64,000 nucleotides of DNA from Escherichia phage vB_EcoM-101112UKE3-1. Below the pieces are notes generated by a model. It was not told the DNA's origin, made no database searches, and saw only the letters and a list, made by a program, of their open reading frames with translations. The stretch lies in sequence record MZ234013.1. One strand, written 5' to 3'. Below are positions 1-9,009 of the stretch, piece by piece. Made by a program: the position numbers and the translations under genes. Within the stretch, counting starts at the first letter, position 1; each line of letters begins with the position of its first letter.

Positions 1-969
1 ATGAAAACTGTAACTATCAATAAGGGTATCTACTTCGGTAAAGAAATCTCTGGAACTTTTGAGCTCTTAGGTGAATGGTTCCCAGATAATGCTCCGGTAG
101 ATGCACAAGGAGATGGTAAAGTTTTTGTTGAAATTGACGGTAAGCGTCGCGGTGTTTGGGTTTACAAATCAGACATTTCATATGATGGTGTAAAAGTTGA
201 AGAAGTTAAAGAATCATATGAAGATATGAAAACCCGCATTAATAAAAGATTTAATGTTATGGGAATGATGACGAATGGTATTATTAACGGAAACATTCGT
301 TCATTAATTATCTCGGGAGCAGCAGGTATTGGTAAAACGTATTCTTTAGATAAAGCTTTAAATAAAGCAAATGATATTGGATACATTGAATATAAAAGCA
401 TTAACGGTAAAATCTCTGGTATCGGTCTTTATGAACAACTTTGGAATAATCGTGAAGAGAATTCTGTCCTTTTGATTGATGATGTGGATGTTTTCTCTGA
501 TATGGACATTCTTAATCTTCTGAAAGCTGCTCTGGACACTGGAGAGACCCGTAAAGTCTGCTGGAGCACTGCATCTTCTTACTTAGAAGAAAAAGGCATT
601 GAGCGTGAGTTTGAATTTAAAGGAACGATTGTTTTTATCACAAACGTTGATATTGACCGCGAATTAGACCGTGGTACTAAACTTGCTCCACATTTACAAG
701 CATTAGTGTCCCGCTCAGTTTATTTAGATTTGGGTGTTCACACTAATGAAGAAATTATGGTCAGGGTTGAAGATGTTATTCTTTCAACTGACATGATGCA
801 AAAGCGCGGTCTTTCTGATGAAGAAACTTATAAAGCATTATCATGGATGAAAGTCAATGTTAACCGTTTACGCAATGTTTCACTGCGTACTGCACTTTAT
901 CTTGCTGACTTTATTATGACCGACAAAAACGGTTGGCAAGAAATCGCTGAGGTTACTCTTCTGAAATAA
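1..969 (+). CDS. P-loop NTPase-like protein (conserved nrdC-distal ORF)
   Basis: 322-aa ORF beginning at window base 1; Walker A GAAGIGKT and Walker B LLIDDVD read from translation; true start may lie upstream of window. Confidence 0.6.
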   Translation: MKTVTINKGIYFGKEISGTFELLGEWFPDNAPVDAQGDGKVFVEIDGKRRGVWVYKSDISYDGVKVEEVKESYEDMKTRINKRFNVMGMMTNGIINGNIRSLIISGAAGIGKTYSLDKALNKANDIGYIEYKSINGKISGIGLYEQLWNNREENSVLLIDDVDVFSDMDILNLLKAALDTGETRKVCWSTASSYLEEKGIEREFEFKGTIVFITNVDIDRELDRGTKLAPHLQALVSRSVYLDLGVHTNEEIMVRVEDVILSTDMMQKRGLSDEETYKALSWMKVNVNRLRNVSLRTALYLADFIMTDKNGWQEIAEVTLLK

Positions 970-1059
970 ATTCATAAGAGGACTTCTATGACAAAAAGGC
1001 AGTTCAGAAATAGATTATATGGACTGCCATTAAAAAGATGACTAGAATTAAACTGGTGA

Positions 1060-1374
1060 ATGGAGGTAATGATGTTATACTCAAAGGCTCGTGAAATTTA
1101 CGAAACTAAAATTAAAGAAGCAGTATTTAAGTTCGCAACGACAATGCGATGGACAAATGACTGGGAGTATTCAAAAAATCATAAGAAGCCCATGGTGACA
1201 AGAAAGGCTCATATGTTAGTGTTAATAGACCGTGAGCAGATTAAAGCCCGAGAAGCCCTCCAGAATCATAAAAAGGCTGCCTTTGAATGGTTTATGGATA
1301 ACACTGCTCCTGAGACTAAGAAAGCGGTAAGCGCATGGTTCAGTGGAAAAAATTGTGAAAGAAGTTTCTTTTAG
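1060..1374 (+). CDS. hypothetical protein (104 aa)
   Basis: ORF track; co-directional, fills gap between neighbours; start may be an internal Met. Confidence 0.4.
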   Translation: MEVMMLYSKAREIYETKIKEAVFKFATTMRWTNDWEYSKNHKKPMVTRKAHMLVLIDREQIKAREALQNHKKAAFEWFMDNTAPETKKAVSAWFSGKNCERSFF

Positions 1375-1376
1375 TG

Positions 1377-1406
1377 GTTTACAAGACTGTTCCTCTGTGG
1401 TACTAT
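1377..1406 (+). promoter_or_regulatory. T4 early-type promoter (GTTTAC -35, TGTGG, TACTAT -10, 18-bp spacer)
   Basis: GTTTAC at 1377-1382, TACTAT at 1401-1406; followed by GGAGG and ATG 1435; near-identical cassettes at 27472 and 55797. Confidence 0.65.
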
Positions 1407-1434
1407 ACAACTATCAACTACGGAGGAACACAAA

Positions 1435-1962
1435 ATGAACGCTAAAGATATTTTCAACCTGGTAAATTACAACGATGGTAAATTTAAATCTGAAGCACAA
1501 AGCAAGTTCTTTAATGACATCTCAATCGGAGGTGAAATCACGGTTGACGGAGGACAAATTTACAAATCTCGTTGGAATTGGATCGTTATTATCGATGAGA
1601 TTGGTATTGTAGAAATTTACAAGAATACGAATAAAAAACGTACATTACACTGGTCTCGTGATACTACCGAACAGTACAAAAAGGATAAAGCATCTAAATT
1701 ATCTCGTGTAACTCAAGAAGATATTGAGTTCATCAAGAAAGATATTTTGATGTATGATAACTTAATTGCTGAAGAGCAAGCAGTTATTGATAAATTTGAC
1801 GAGATTAAAGCTTCTCGTGAAATTCCTGATTTTATGAAAGAATCAGTAAATGAACGATACACTCTCATTTCAGAGCGTATTGAAACTTACAAAAAGCAAA
1901 GAGCTGAACGCCAAAATACTCTTCGGAAGTTTGAAGAACGGTTAAAGACGGTACTCGCATAA
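1435..1962 (+). CDS. hypothetical protein (175 aa)
   Basis: ORF track; ATG 7 nt after GGAGG; preceded by early-type promoter. Confidence 0.5.
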   Translation: MNAKDIFNLVNYNDGKFKSEAQSKFFNDISIGGEITVDGGQIYKSRWNWIVIIDEIGIVEIYKNTNKKRTLHWSRDTTEQYKKDKASKLSRVTQEDIEFIKKDILMYDNLIAEEQAVIDKFDEIKASREIPDFMKESVNERYTLISERIETYKKQRAERQNTLRKFEERLKTVLA

Positions 1963-2017
1963 CCGCTTTATACCAAGGATGGTATAATGGTTCTAAGCCC
2001 TTTTAATTGAGATTATT

Positions 2018-2422
2018 ATGAAACAGTTGATAATTAAAAGATTGAATTTATTGATATGTTGTTTATGTGTAGTAGTTGCATATGGTTATTATGCAATTAA
2101 TGATTATATGCATTATAAAGATTATGATGTTACTGTAGTTAATACCCTTACAGGAACTCAAGGAAAGGGGTCTAGTTTATCGTTTATTGCCGTATATGAA
2201 CTCAAAGACGGTTATAGATTTAGTGAATATATTTCACCAGAGATGTATTCATCAATAGAAAAAGGCGATAATATTACTGTAAGTTTACGTCCTTTCGACG
2301 TAAAACAGACATTGTTTGATAATATTGTTTGGTTCTTTGGAATGGTATTAGTTCAATCTGTATGCGGTGCTTATATAGTCTTTTCCATCATATTCTGTGT
2401 ATTTAGTAAAATTGAAAATTGA
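2018..2422 (+). CDS. small membrane protein (134 aa)
   Basis: ORF track; hydrophobic N- and C-terminal segments (LLICCLCVVVAYGYYAI, IVWFFGMVLVQSVCGAYIVFSIIF). Confidence 0.5.
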   Translation: MKQLIIKRLNLLICCLCVVVAYGYYAINDYMHYKDYDVTVVNTLTGTQGKGSSLSFIAVYELKDGYRFSEYISPEMYSSIEKGDNITVSLRPFDVKQTLFDNIVWFFGMVLVQSVCGAYIVFSIIFCVFSKIEN

Positions 2423-3321
2423 GTGAGAAAAATATGTCAGTAGTAATTAATAATGTCAATGCAGTAATTAAATCTTTAGTTAATAAAAAATTAAATGAAT
2501 GGACTGTACTTCGTCGTGGAGAGCCAGATAAATTTTTTCATAGATTTAACCCAACTTTGGATTTGAATGTTATTGACAGAGATGTTCATGCTGAAATTTT
2601 AGATAAATTTAAAGTTGATATTGGGTTTGGATTAGATAAACATTTGCAACGAACAAACGGATCTGGAATGGGTTTATCTAATCGCATCATGAAAGCCCTT
2701 AATAAAATTGGAGCGTTGTCTCGTATTAATGCGAGTGAAATCCTTCGCAATTATAATAAAGGATATGACCTTTATGGTCGACTAATGCCGAAATTATCAT
2801 TTGACCAAATGATTGCGGATTTGTGGGAAAATCAACGACGATTATTAGCATTAGGCGCTCGATTAGCTAAAGGTCTAGATAAACAAATGATTTTTAAGAC
2901 CAATAATACAGAAGACCTTAAATGCTTTAAATTTAGTACTCGTGGAGATGATTATTACATCAGAGCTCGCTCTACAGATTATGTTAATATGGGGCATCAT
3001 CTCTGTTTAGCTTTTGAAGTTTTAAAAGAAGCCGGAACATTAGAATATGTGTCTGGTGCTAAATGTCCGATTGGTTCAAATTGCATTTTAATTTATCGCC
3101 CGGATGAATCCAGTTCAACTAAATTGCCTACAAAACCTGTACCAGTTCGTAGTAACGAAAAACATTCTGAACAAATTGATTATTTTAATAAACAGATTGA
3201 AGAGCTAAATATTTCTATTCAGCAATATGATGATGAAATTTTCAGACTATCTGGATTGAGTAGTAAAGCTAAATCTGAGCGTGAAAAATTAATTAAAATC
3301 GTTGATTTACTTAAATTTTAA
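2419..3321 (+). CDS. hypothetical protein, member of 4-gene tandem paralog array (C-terminal coiled coil)
   Basis: ORF track 300 aa; ATGA overlap with upstream stop; C-terminal heptad-rich tail; start could be Met at 2434. Confidence 0.5.
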   Translation: MSEKNMSVVINNVNAVIKSLVNKKLNEWTVLRRGEPDKFFHRFNPTLDLNVIDRDVHAEILDKFKVDIGFGLDKHLQRTNGSGMGLSNRIMKALNKIGALSRINASEILRNYNKGYDLYGRLMPKLSFDQMIADLWENQRRLLALGARLAKGLDKQMIFKTNNTEDLKCFKFSTRGDDYYIRARSTDYVNMGHHLCLAFEVLKEAGTLEYVSGAKCPIGSNCILIYRPDESSSTKLPTKPVPVRSNEKHSEQIDYFNKQIEELNISIQQYDDEIFRLSGLSSKAKSEREKLIKIVDLLKF

Positions 3322-3329
3322 GGAACACC

Positions 3330-4349
3330 ATGAAAACTCGTTCTCAAATTGAAGATATGGTTCGTAATGCCAGTTATACTCGTGATGTTATGACATTTTT
3401 GTGCCAAAATAATTTAGACCCTGATAAAGTTAATCGTGATATTCACTTTAAATATATGAATAGCAGTGAATGGTTACGTCATTTTAGTAAAGCGGGGTAT
3501 ATTACACAAATGACGGCTCGTGAGCAGCTCACCGATTTCTGTAAAACTATTGATTATAAAAATCCTCTATTTGTTCAAGGCGTTGGTCAGAGTAAGGTTG
3601 ATTTATCAACAGGATTTTTTAATCCAAATCATTATCGTATTGAGTGGAGATTTATTGCTCTATTCCGTAAACAATTAAAGCAAATTTTGTCGACGGCTAG
3701 TCGATTAAAAGGTTCTGATATTAACTTAAAGAATCTGAAATTTGATGGTTATACTCTTCAGATGGAAGTAAGACCATTAAAAGAAAATAACAGAACTGCA
3801 CGAATTAGCTTTAAACCTAATACAAAAAATTCTCTTTCAATTTGTGAATGCCTTAAATCACAGTTGACAGAAGCATTTAAGTATATGGATGTAGTTGCCG
3901 CGGTTCAGTCTAAGATTTTACCTCATTTTGAGCGAAATTGGGAACATACAACAACGTATGAACTTGATATGATCGTTTCATTTAAATACGATTTTTTGAG
4001 AAAGGACGAAGTCCCGCAAGAGAAAAAGCAGGAAGTGCAAGATATCTTAAATTTATCCAATTACTCATCAAACGATCCTAAATTTTGGATGTATAGTTCA
4101 GGTAATAAAGATACATGGAAATTCAATAAAGTGAATTTTCTTCCTGTTGAAAATCCGAGTCTTAAACCTGTTGAAAAATGGCACGCGGATGCGATTGAGA
4201 AGTCTATCAAGGCAGTAGATGATGAACTCGTTAAAGCAACTAATGAAGTGTTAGAAGCTGAAAAGATGCTAGAAAAAGCTCAAGAAAAAGTCAAAAATCT
4301 TACGAAGCAACGTTCTAAACTGAACAATGCACTAAATGCACTAAACTAG
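3330..4349 (+). CDS. hypothetical protein, member of 4-gene tandem paralog array (C-terminal coiled coil)
   Basis: ORF track 339 aa; shares RxEWRFIxLFRKQLKxxxSxASRLKG-type segment with next ORF. Confidence 0.55.
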   Translation: MKTRSQIEDMVRNASYTRDVMTFLCQNNLDPDKVNRDIHFKYMNSSEWLRHFSKAGYITQMTAREQLTDFCKTIDYKNPLFVQGVGQSKVDLSTGFFNPNHYRIEWRFIALFRKQLKQILSTASRLKGSDINLKNLKFDGYTLQMEVRPLKENNRTARISFKPNTKNSLSICECLKSQLTEAFKYMDVVAAVQSKILPHFERNWEHTTTYELDMIVSFKYDFLRKDEVPQEKKQEVQDILNLSNYSSNDPKFWMYSSGNKDTWKFNKVNFLPVENPSLKPVEKWHADAIEKSIKAVDDELVKATNEVLEAEKMLEKAQEKVKNLTKQRSKLNNALNALN

Positions 4350-4378
4350 TTTACTTTGCCACAAGGATGTGGTATAAT
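4349..4378 (+). promoter_or_regulatory. T4 early-type promoter
   Basis: GTTTAC 4349-4354 overlapping upstream TAG stop, TGTGG, TATAAT 4373-4378; 29/30 identical to promoter at 50954. Confidence 0.7.
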
Positions 4379-4406
4379 GTTCTTACTTTCTACTGAGGAG
4401 ATTAAT

Positions 4407-5408
4407 ATGACTCGTAACGAATATATCAAATCATTCAATAGCGTTATTGATGATAAAGTTAAACCTGTGTTTAGTCAGAATAGTGTTATTTCCATTATCA
4501 ATCAATGGCTCAATAATATTGATGCAAGTATTGTTTCTTCAAGCAAATTTATTCATGAAGTTCATAAAATTTCTAGTCGCGAATATAAAGATGATATTAA
4601 GGAAACTTTTAAAGGTTCTCGTCTTCTTTCATATTTAGTTAATCAAGATATTCTTGGTAAATTTGGGAAAGAAATTAAACGAACTAAAGATGTAGTAGGA
4701 TACAGTTGGTTCGGTGATGTTAATTCTTATCATCTTAATAATAAAGAAGACCCTGAGAATATTTTTACTCGTCGTTGGATTAGTAATTTTAGACTTTTCA
4801 AGAAGCAAATTCTAAAATCAGCTTCTAAATTATGCTATGGTGATTATCGTCAAATCCATCCTTGGGCTTCTGATATGATTATCATAAAAGAATATGAGCT
4901 TGATAAAAATAAAGCAGCTATTTTTGTGAATTATGAATTTTTTACACCAGAAGCTAATCAAAAGAACATTAATAAATTTTTCTCAATTGCTAGCGATATA
5001 ACTCGTCAGTTAGAGACCGCATTACTTTGTATGGAAACAGTAGAAAATATTCATACTTATCCTTTTAAGAATATATGCGGTTGGGAAGGATATAAAATTG
5101 TAGTTAGTCTCCGTGAAGTAAAGTGTGCGTACTCACCGACTGATAAAGAAATTTACCAACAAAAATGTGATGAAATTGTGAATACTCCTAAAGAAGAAAC
5201 TACCCTTGAGGAACTAATGGAATGTCTTGACGATTCGCCTGAACCAGTAGAAATTCGTCCAGAAGTTATTGCACTAGAAAAAGCTTATAAAGAAGTTCTA
5301 GAAATTTCTAATAAAGCGCAGAAAGAATATGAGCAGGCTAAAAAGATTTGGGAAGAATCCGTTAATCGTCTTGATCGTCTTGAACAAGCTTTACAGTTAA
5401 TTAAGTAA
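4407..5408 (+). CDS. hypothetical protein, member of 4-gene tandem paralog array (C-terminal coiled coil)
   Basis: Start moved to ATG 4407 (GAGG 8 nt upstream) because track start 4356 lies inside the promoter; 333 aa. Confidence 0.55.
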   Translation: MTRNEYIKSFNSVIDDKVKPVFSQNSVISIINQWLNNIDASIVSSSKFIHEVHKISSREYKDDIKETFKGSRLLSYLVNQDILGKFGKEIKRTKDVVGYSWFGDVNSYHLNNKEDPENIFTRRWISNFRLFKKQILKSASKLCYGDYRQIHPWASDMIIIKEYELDKNKAAIFVNYEFFTPEANQKNINKFFSIASDITRQLETALLCMETVENIHTYPFKNICGWEGYKIVVSLREVKCAYSPTDKEIYQQKCDEIVNTPKEETTLEELMECLDDSPEPVEIRPEVIALEKAYKEVLEISNKAQKEYEQAKKIWEESVNRLDRLEQALQLIK

Positions 5409-5460
5409 TTTAAAGCCAAGGATGGCTCGGAGTATAAACCATTAACCAAGTGAGAAGAAT

Positions 5461-6390
5461 ATGAAAACTCGTAAACATTATATTGATTATTTTGACAGTC
5501 TTATTACTAAACACCGTAATTATCAGATCGGACACAGAGCAGTAATCAATAATATTCTTCGTGATTTCCTTCAATATGTTGGCCAGGAAAATCATATCTG
5601 TAAAGATACTCAAAACGCTTATTCTCATTCGTTAGGCAATTTGCTTCAATGGTTTAAACGTTCTCGTCTGTTATCTTCTACTGTAGCTAGTGATAACATT
5701 AAAAACTTTATGAAGCCGAGATTCATTAAAACTGCGACATCTATAACCGATTTGGTTGAATTTACTATTGTTAACGATGTTAAAAAGACCCATTTGGCTG
5801 ATTGGTTATCTACCATTCCCGAAACTAAATTTGCTGATAAATTCGCTTGTCAATTCAATGACCAAGTGAATATGCTTTTTAAGCATGCTCGTAAACTATT
5901 TACCGCGGGCGATGACCGTACAAATACAGTTCATGTTAAGGATTGGGTTATTGCTGATGAAGTAACACACAAGCCAGGTGGTTCATCAGTATTAATTAAT
6001 ATCCAGGTTCCTTATTATTACTCACGTAATCTCGGCACCATGACAGCTAGAGAAATTAATAAGCACAACAAAATTATTCGTTCGTTGTCTTATAAACTCT
6101 GCACGATGGTGGAGATGATGGACGTAGTGGAAATGTATGACGAAACCGAAGATAATGGTTCAATGCTGTACAGTTCACGCATTCTAATTAAACTGAAGAA
6201 CCCTAATACATATAAGCAAGTTGTAAAAGAACCTAAAGTAGAAAAGGTTGATAACCTGAGTGAAGAACGTGAATATCTCAATGCTCGTTTGATTGAAGTT
6301 GAAGCCCAGATTGCCGAACACACCAAATTGTTAAAAGCTCTTAATGCAAAAGCAAATGGTTTACGTAATGCTATTGAGGTATTGAAATGA
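5461..6390 (+). CDS. hypothetical protein, member of 4-gene tandem paralog array (C-terminal coiled coil)
   Basis: ORF track 309 aa; C-terminal coiled-coil tail like the three upstream ORFs. Confidence 0.55.
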   Translation: MKTRKHYIDYFDSLITKHRNYQIGHRAVINNILRDFLQYVGQENHICKDTQNAYSHSLGNLLQWFKRSRLLSSTVASDNIKNFMKPRFIKTATSITDLVEFTIVNDVKKTHLADWLSTIPETKFADKFACQFNDQVNMLFKHARKLFTAGDDRTNTVHVKDWVIADEVTHKPGGSSVLINIQVPYYYSRNLGTMTAREINKHNKIIRSLSYKLCTMVEMMDVVEMYDETEDNGSMLYSSRILIKLKNPNTYKQVVKEPKVEKVDNLSEEREYLNARLIEVEAQIAEHTKLLKALNAKANGLRNAIEVLK

Positions 6391-6776
6391 AAAAGCGTTT
6401 ATTAGAAGACATTGCAGCTTCAAGTAATTCCAGTTTAATTAAAATTATTATGGCTGGTGAGGAAGATGATATGGAAATGCGTGGAAAGATTCACGGCTGC
6501 GACGATTTAGATTTTAAACCTCCAGCATGGGATGCTATTATGGCTATGGTTGAACGACGTGAAAGAGCTTCTAAAAACGTTCCTAATTGCCCTGAATGCG
6601 GTACTGAACAAGTTCAGTTGATTAACTGGCGTAAACCAGAGCTTGAATATAAATGCCGTCAATGTAAACATAAATTCAGTAAGCATGCTCCGGAAATGGT
6701 TAAATTGCCTGACTCTACTGAGTTCTTTAAAGAACTTGTGAGTGTTCAACCAATGCCTAATAATATTTTGGATTAA
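6387..6776 (+). CDS. zinc-ribbon protein (129 aa)
   Basis: ORF track; CPECG...CRQC four-Cys motif; ATGA overlap with upstream gene. Confidence 0.5.
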   Translation: MKKRLLEDIAASSNSSLIKIIMAGEEDDMEMRGKIHGCDDLDFKPPAWDAIMAMVERRERASKNVPNCPECGTEQVQLINWRKPELEYKCRQCKHKFSKHAPEMVKLPDSTEFFKELVSVQPMPNNILD

Positions 6777-6778
6777 AA

Positions 6779-7021
6779 ATGACCAAGCGTAAAGAATATA
6801 TGGAGGCTGCTGAAAAGGCAGTCCGTGAATTAGCAATAGCTTATTATAATGAACACGGTAAATTTCCTGATAGATACAGCGTGCTTAAATCTGCTTTAAC
6901 TCGTTCATATAAAAATATGCTATCAGAAGTAAGTGATATTATATACAAACATAAAGAACAAACGGGCCAAAGTCTTGATTACGACGAGACTTTTAAACAA
7001 GTACTAGGAATTAAGGAATAA
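6779..7021 (+). CDS. hypothetical protein (80 aa)
   Basis: ORF track; tightly packed upstream of nrdC. Confidence 0.45.
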   Translation: MTKRKEYMEAAEKAVRELAIAYYNEHGKFPDRYSVLKSALTRSYKNMLSEVSDIIYKHKEQTGQSLDYDETFKQVLGIKE

Positions 7022-7022
7022 T

Positions 7023-7286
7023 ATGTTTAAAGTATATGGTTATGATAGCAACATTCATAAATGCGTGTATTGCGATAATGCAAAACGTCTTTTGACTGTG
7101 AAGAAACAGCCGTTTGAATTTATCAACATTATGCCGGAAAAAGGTGTTTTTGATGATGAGAAAATTGCTGAGCTTCTGACTAAACTAGGTCGTGATACTC
7201 AAATCGGCTTGACAATGCCCCAGGTATTTGCTCCTGATGGAAGTCATATTGGTGGATTTGACCAACTGCGAGAATATTTTAAATGA
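7023..7286 (+). CDS. nrdC: phage thioredoxin/glutaredoxin NrdC
   Basis: 87 aa; CVYC redox motif near N-terminus; size and sequence match recalled T4 NrdC. Confidence 0.9.
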   Translation: MFKVYGYDSNIHKCVYCDNAKRLLTVKKQPFEFINIMPEKGVFDDEKIAELLTKLGRDTQIGLTMPQVFAPDGSHIGGFDQLREYFK

Positions 7287-7498
7287 TGCTCGAAGGAACT
7301 GACTATATTCATGATTACCGCGGAAGCGCGGTATATGTAGGTGATGAAGTTGCAGTTTATTATGGGTATGGAACTTTGATGACAGCCAAGGTTATTCAAA
7401 TTAAAAATAATCGTGCTAAACTCGAAGTTTATTATTCTAATGGTGAAAAGTCTATTTCTAAGTGGAAATACGGCGATTGTATGGTTAAATTGGGGTAA
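7283..7498 (+). CDS. hypothetical protein (71 aa)
   Basis: ORF track; ATGA overlap with nrdC stop. Confidence 0.4.
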   Translation: MMLEGTDYIHDYRGSAVYVGDEVAVYYGYGTLMTAKVIQIKNNRAKLEVYYSNGEKSISKWKYGDCMVKLG

Positions 7499-7500
7499 AT

Positions 7501-7671
7501 ATGATTTACGATATTAATGTATCACGAGCTCCGTCAATGGTTACTATTCCAGCCGAAGAACTAGATCGTCTTCAGAAAATTGAAGAGCTTCTTTGGGAAA
7601 TTGAATCTGATTTGCCATCAGGATTAGAATCCTGGATTGATTATGAAGAACTTAATAAGCTTCGGGGTTAA
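7501..7671 (+). CDS. hypothetical small acidic protein (56 aa)
   Basis: ATG 7501 two nt after upstream stop; below ORF-track cutoff, read manually. Confidence 0.3.
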   Translation: MIYDINVSRAPSMVTIPAEELDRLQKIEELLWEIESDLPSGLESWIDYEELNKLRG

Positions 7672-7793
7672 ACCTTGGTGGGCGGCTAGATGGGAAACTG
7701 TAGAGCCAGAGCCGGAAGAACCGGTTTACACTGATGAAGAAACAGTATATAATGAACCAACGATAAATGACTTAATTGATATGGAGATGGGAC

Positions 7794-8279
7794 ATGATTA
7801 CAGTAGATAAGTGGTTTAGAATTAATCGTGTTGATACAGGGCTATGTAATTACTGGCCGGAACTTAGTGCAGGTACTGTCTTTAAAGTTCGTGAACTTGT
7901 AAAAGAATGTGAAGATGATATAGAGCCTGACACTGGAATTATTGAAATTGAACTTTCCGACGGAAAGATTATTAACATCTACGATAAGCCAATTACGTAT
8001 TGGTGCTTGTGGAATACTGAATCAGTCGAAAATGGCGAAATTGAAGAAGTTGTAGAGCGAACTAATCAAGTTGTTCAGAAGCCTAAAGCCGATTTTCAAG
8101 GTGAACGTATTTCATACGCATTAGCTAAATTAGCTGCACAAGAAAATAACGATGGCTATGAAGGTAACCTGATGCAAGCTGCCGCAGAGTACATTGAATG
8201 GCTTGAAACTCAAATTTCTTTTTCTGACCAAAAGATTCGGCAATATAAGCGATTGCATCAAATGTTTTATAATACTTGA
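7794..8279 (+). CDS. pin: putative Pin (Lon protease inhibitor)-like protein
   Basis: 161 aa from ATG 7794 (track ORF starts at TTG 7776); size and position between nrdC and 49 match recalled T4 pinA; sequence identity not verifiable here. Confidence 0.45.
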   Translation: MITVDKWFRINRVDTGLCNYWPELSAGTVFKVRELVKECEDDIEPDTGIIEIELSDGKIINIYDKPITYWCLWNTESVENGEIEEVVERTNQVVQKPKADFQGERISYALAKLAAQENNDGYEGNLMQAAAEYIEWLETQISFSDQKIRQYKRLHQMFYNT

Positions 8280-8283
8280 AAAA
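8230..8283. repeat. direct repeat copy 1 (3' end of pin)
   Basis: aaaagat-tcggcaatataagcgattgcatcaaatgttttataatacttgaaaaa; ~85% identical copy at 8441-8496. Confidence 0.7.
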
Positions 8284-8316
8284 AACTCAAAATTCTTTTT
8301 CTGACAGGACATTTTA

Positions 8317-8493
8317 ATGAAAACCGAATTGGTTTATACTGAAAAGTTAAATGGCGGTAAGGTTTGGAAACTTTTTATTAAAGGACATTCTACGGACCCT
8401 CATATGACCACTTGCGTAGGAACCTATTCTCGTCCTACTAAAAAGATGATTCGACAGTATAAACGATTGCATCGAATGTTTTACAATACTTAA
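8317..8493 (+). CDS. hypothetical small protein (58 aa) sharing C-terminal tail with pin
   Basis: ATG 8317; C-terminus IRQYKRLHRMFYNT duplicates the pin C-terminus IRQYKRLHQMFYNT. Confidence 0.3.
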   Translation: MKTELVYTEKLNGGKVWKLFIKGHSTDPHMTTCVGTYSRPTKKMIRQYKRLHRMFYNT

Positions 8494-8496
8494 AAA
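8441..8496. repeat. direct repeat copy 2
   Basis: Imperfect copy of 8230-8283 with a 3-nt indel. Confidence 0.7.
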
Positions 8497-8504
8497 TAAT
8501 AAAT

Positions 8505-8529
8505 ACCCTTATCTATTTAAGGTAAGGGT
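8505..8529 (+). promoter_or_regulatory. stem-loop sequestering the gene 49 Shine-Dalgarno region
   Basis: ACCCTT(A)/(T)AAGGGT inverted repeat; right arm contains the AAGGG SD 7 nt before ATG 8536; T4 gene 49 translation is known to be hairpin-controlled. Confidence 0.5.
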
Positions 8530-8535
8530 TTTATT

Positions 8536-9009
8536 ATGTTATTGACTGGCAAATTATACAAAGAAGAAAAACAAAAATTTTATAATGCACAAAACGGTAA
8601 ATGCTTAATTTGCCAACGAGAACTAAATCCTGATGTTCAAGCTAATCATCTTGATCATGACCATGAATTAAATGGACCAAAAGCAGGAAAGGTACGTGGA
8701 TTGCTTTGTAATCTATGCAATGCCGCAGAAGGTCAAATGAAGCATAAATTTAATCGTTCTGGCTTAAAGGGACAAGGTGTTGATTATCTTGAATGGTTAG
8801 AAAATTTACTTACTTATTTAAAATCCGATTACACCCAAAATAATATTCACCCTAACTTTGTTGGAGATAAATCAAAGGAATTTTCTCGTTTAGGAAAAGA
8901 GGAAATGATGGCCGAGATGCTTCAAAGAGGATTTGAATATAATGAATCTGACACTAAAACACAATTAATAGCTTCATTTAAGAAGCAGCTTAGAAAGAGT
9001 TTAAAATGA
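8536..9009 (+). CDS. 49: endonuclease VII (Holliday junction resolvase)
   Basis: 157 aa; Cys-rich zinc site (CLICQ...CNLC); size and sequence match recalled T4 gp49. Confidence 0.9.
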   Translation: MLLTGKLYKEEKQKFYNAQNGKCLICQRELNPDVQANHLDHDHELNGPKAGKVRGLLCNLCNAAEGQMKHKFNRSGLKGQGVDYLEWLENLLTYLKSDYTQNNIHPNFVGDKSKEFSRLGKEEMMAEMLQRGFEYNESDTKTQLIASFKKQLRKSLK

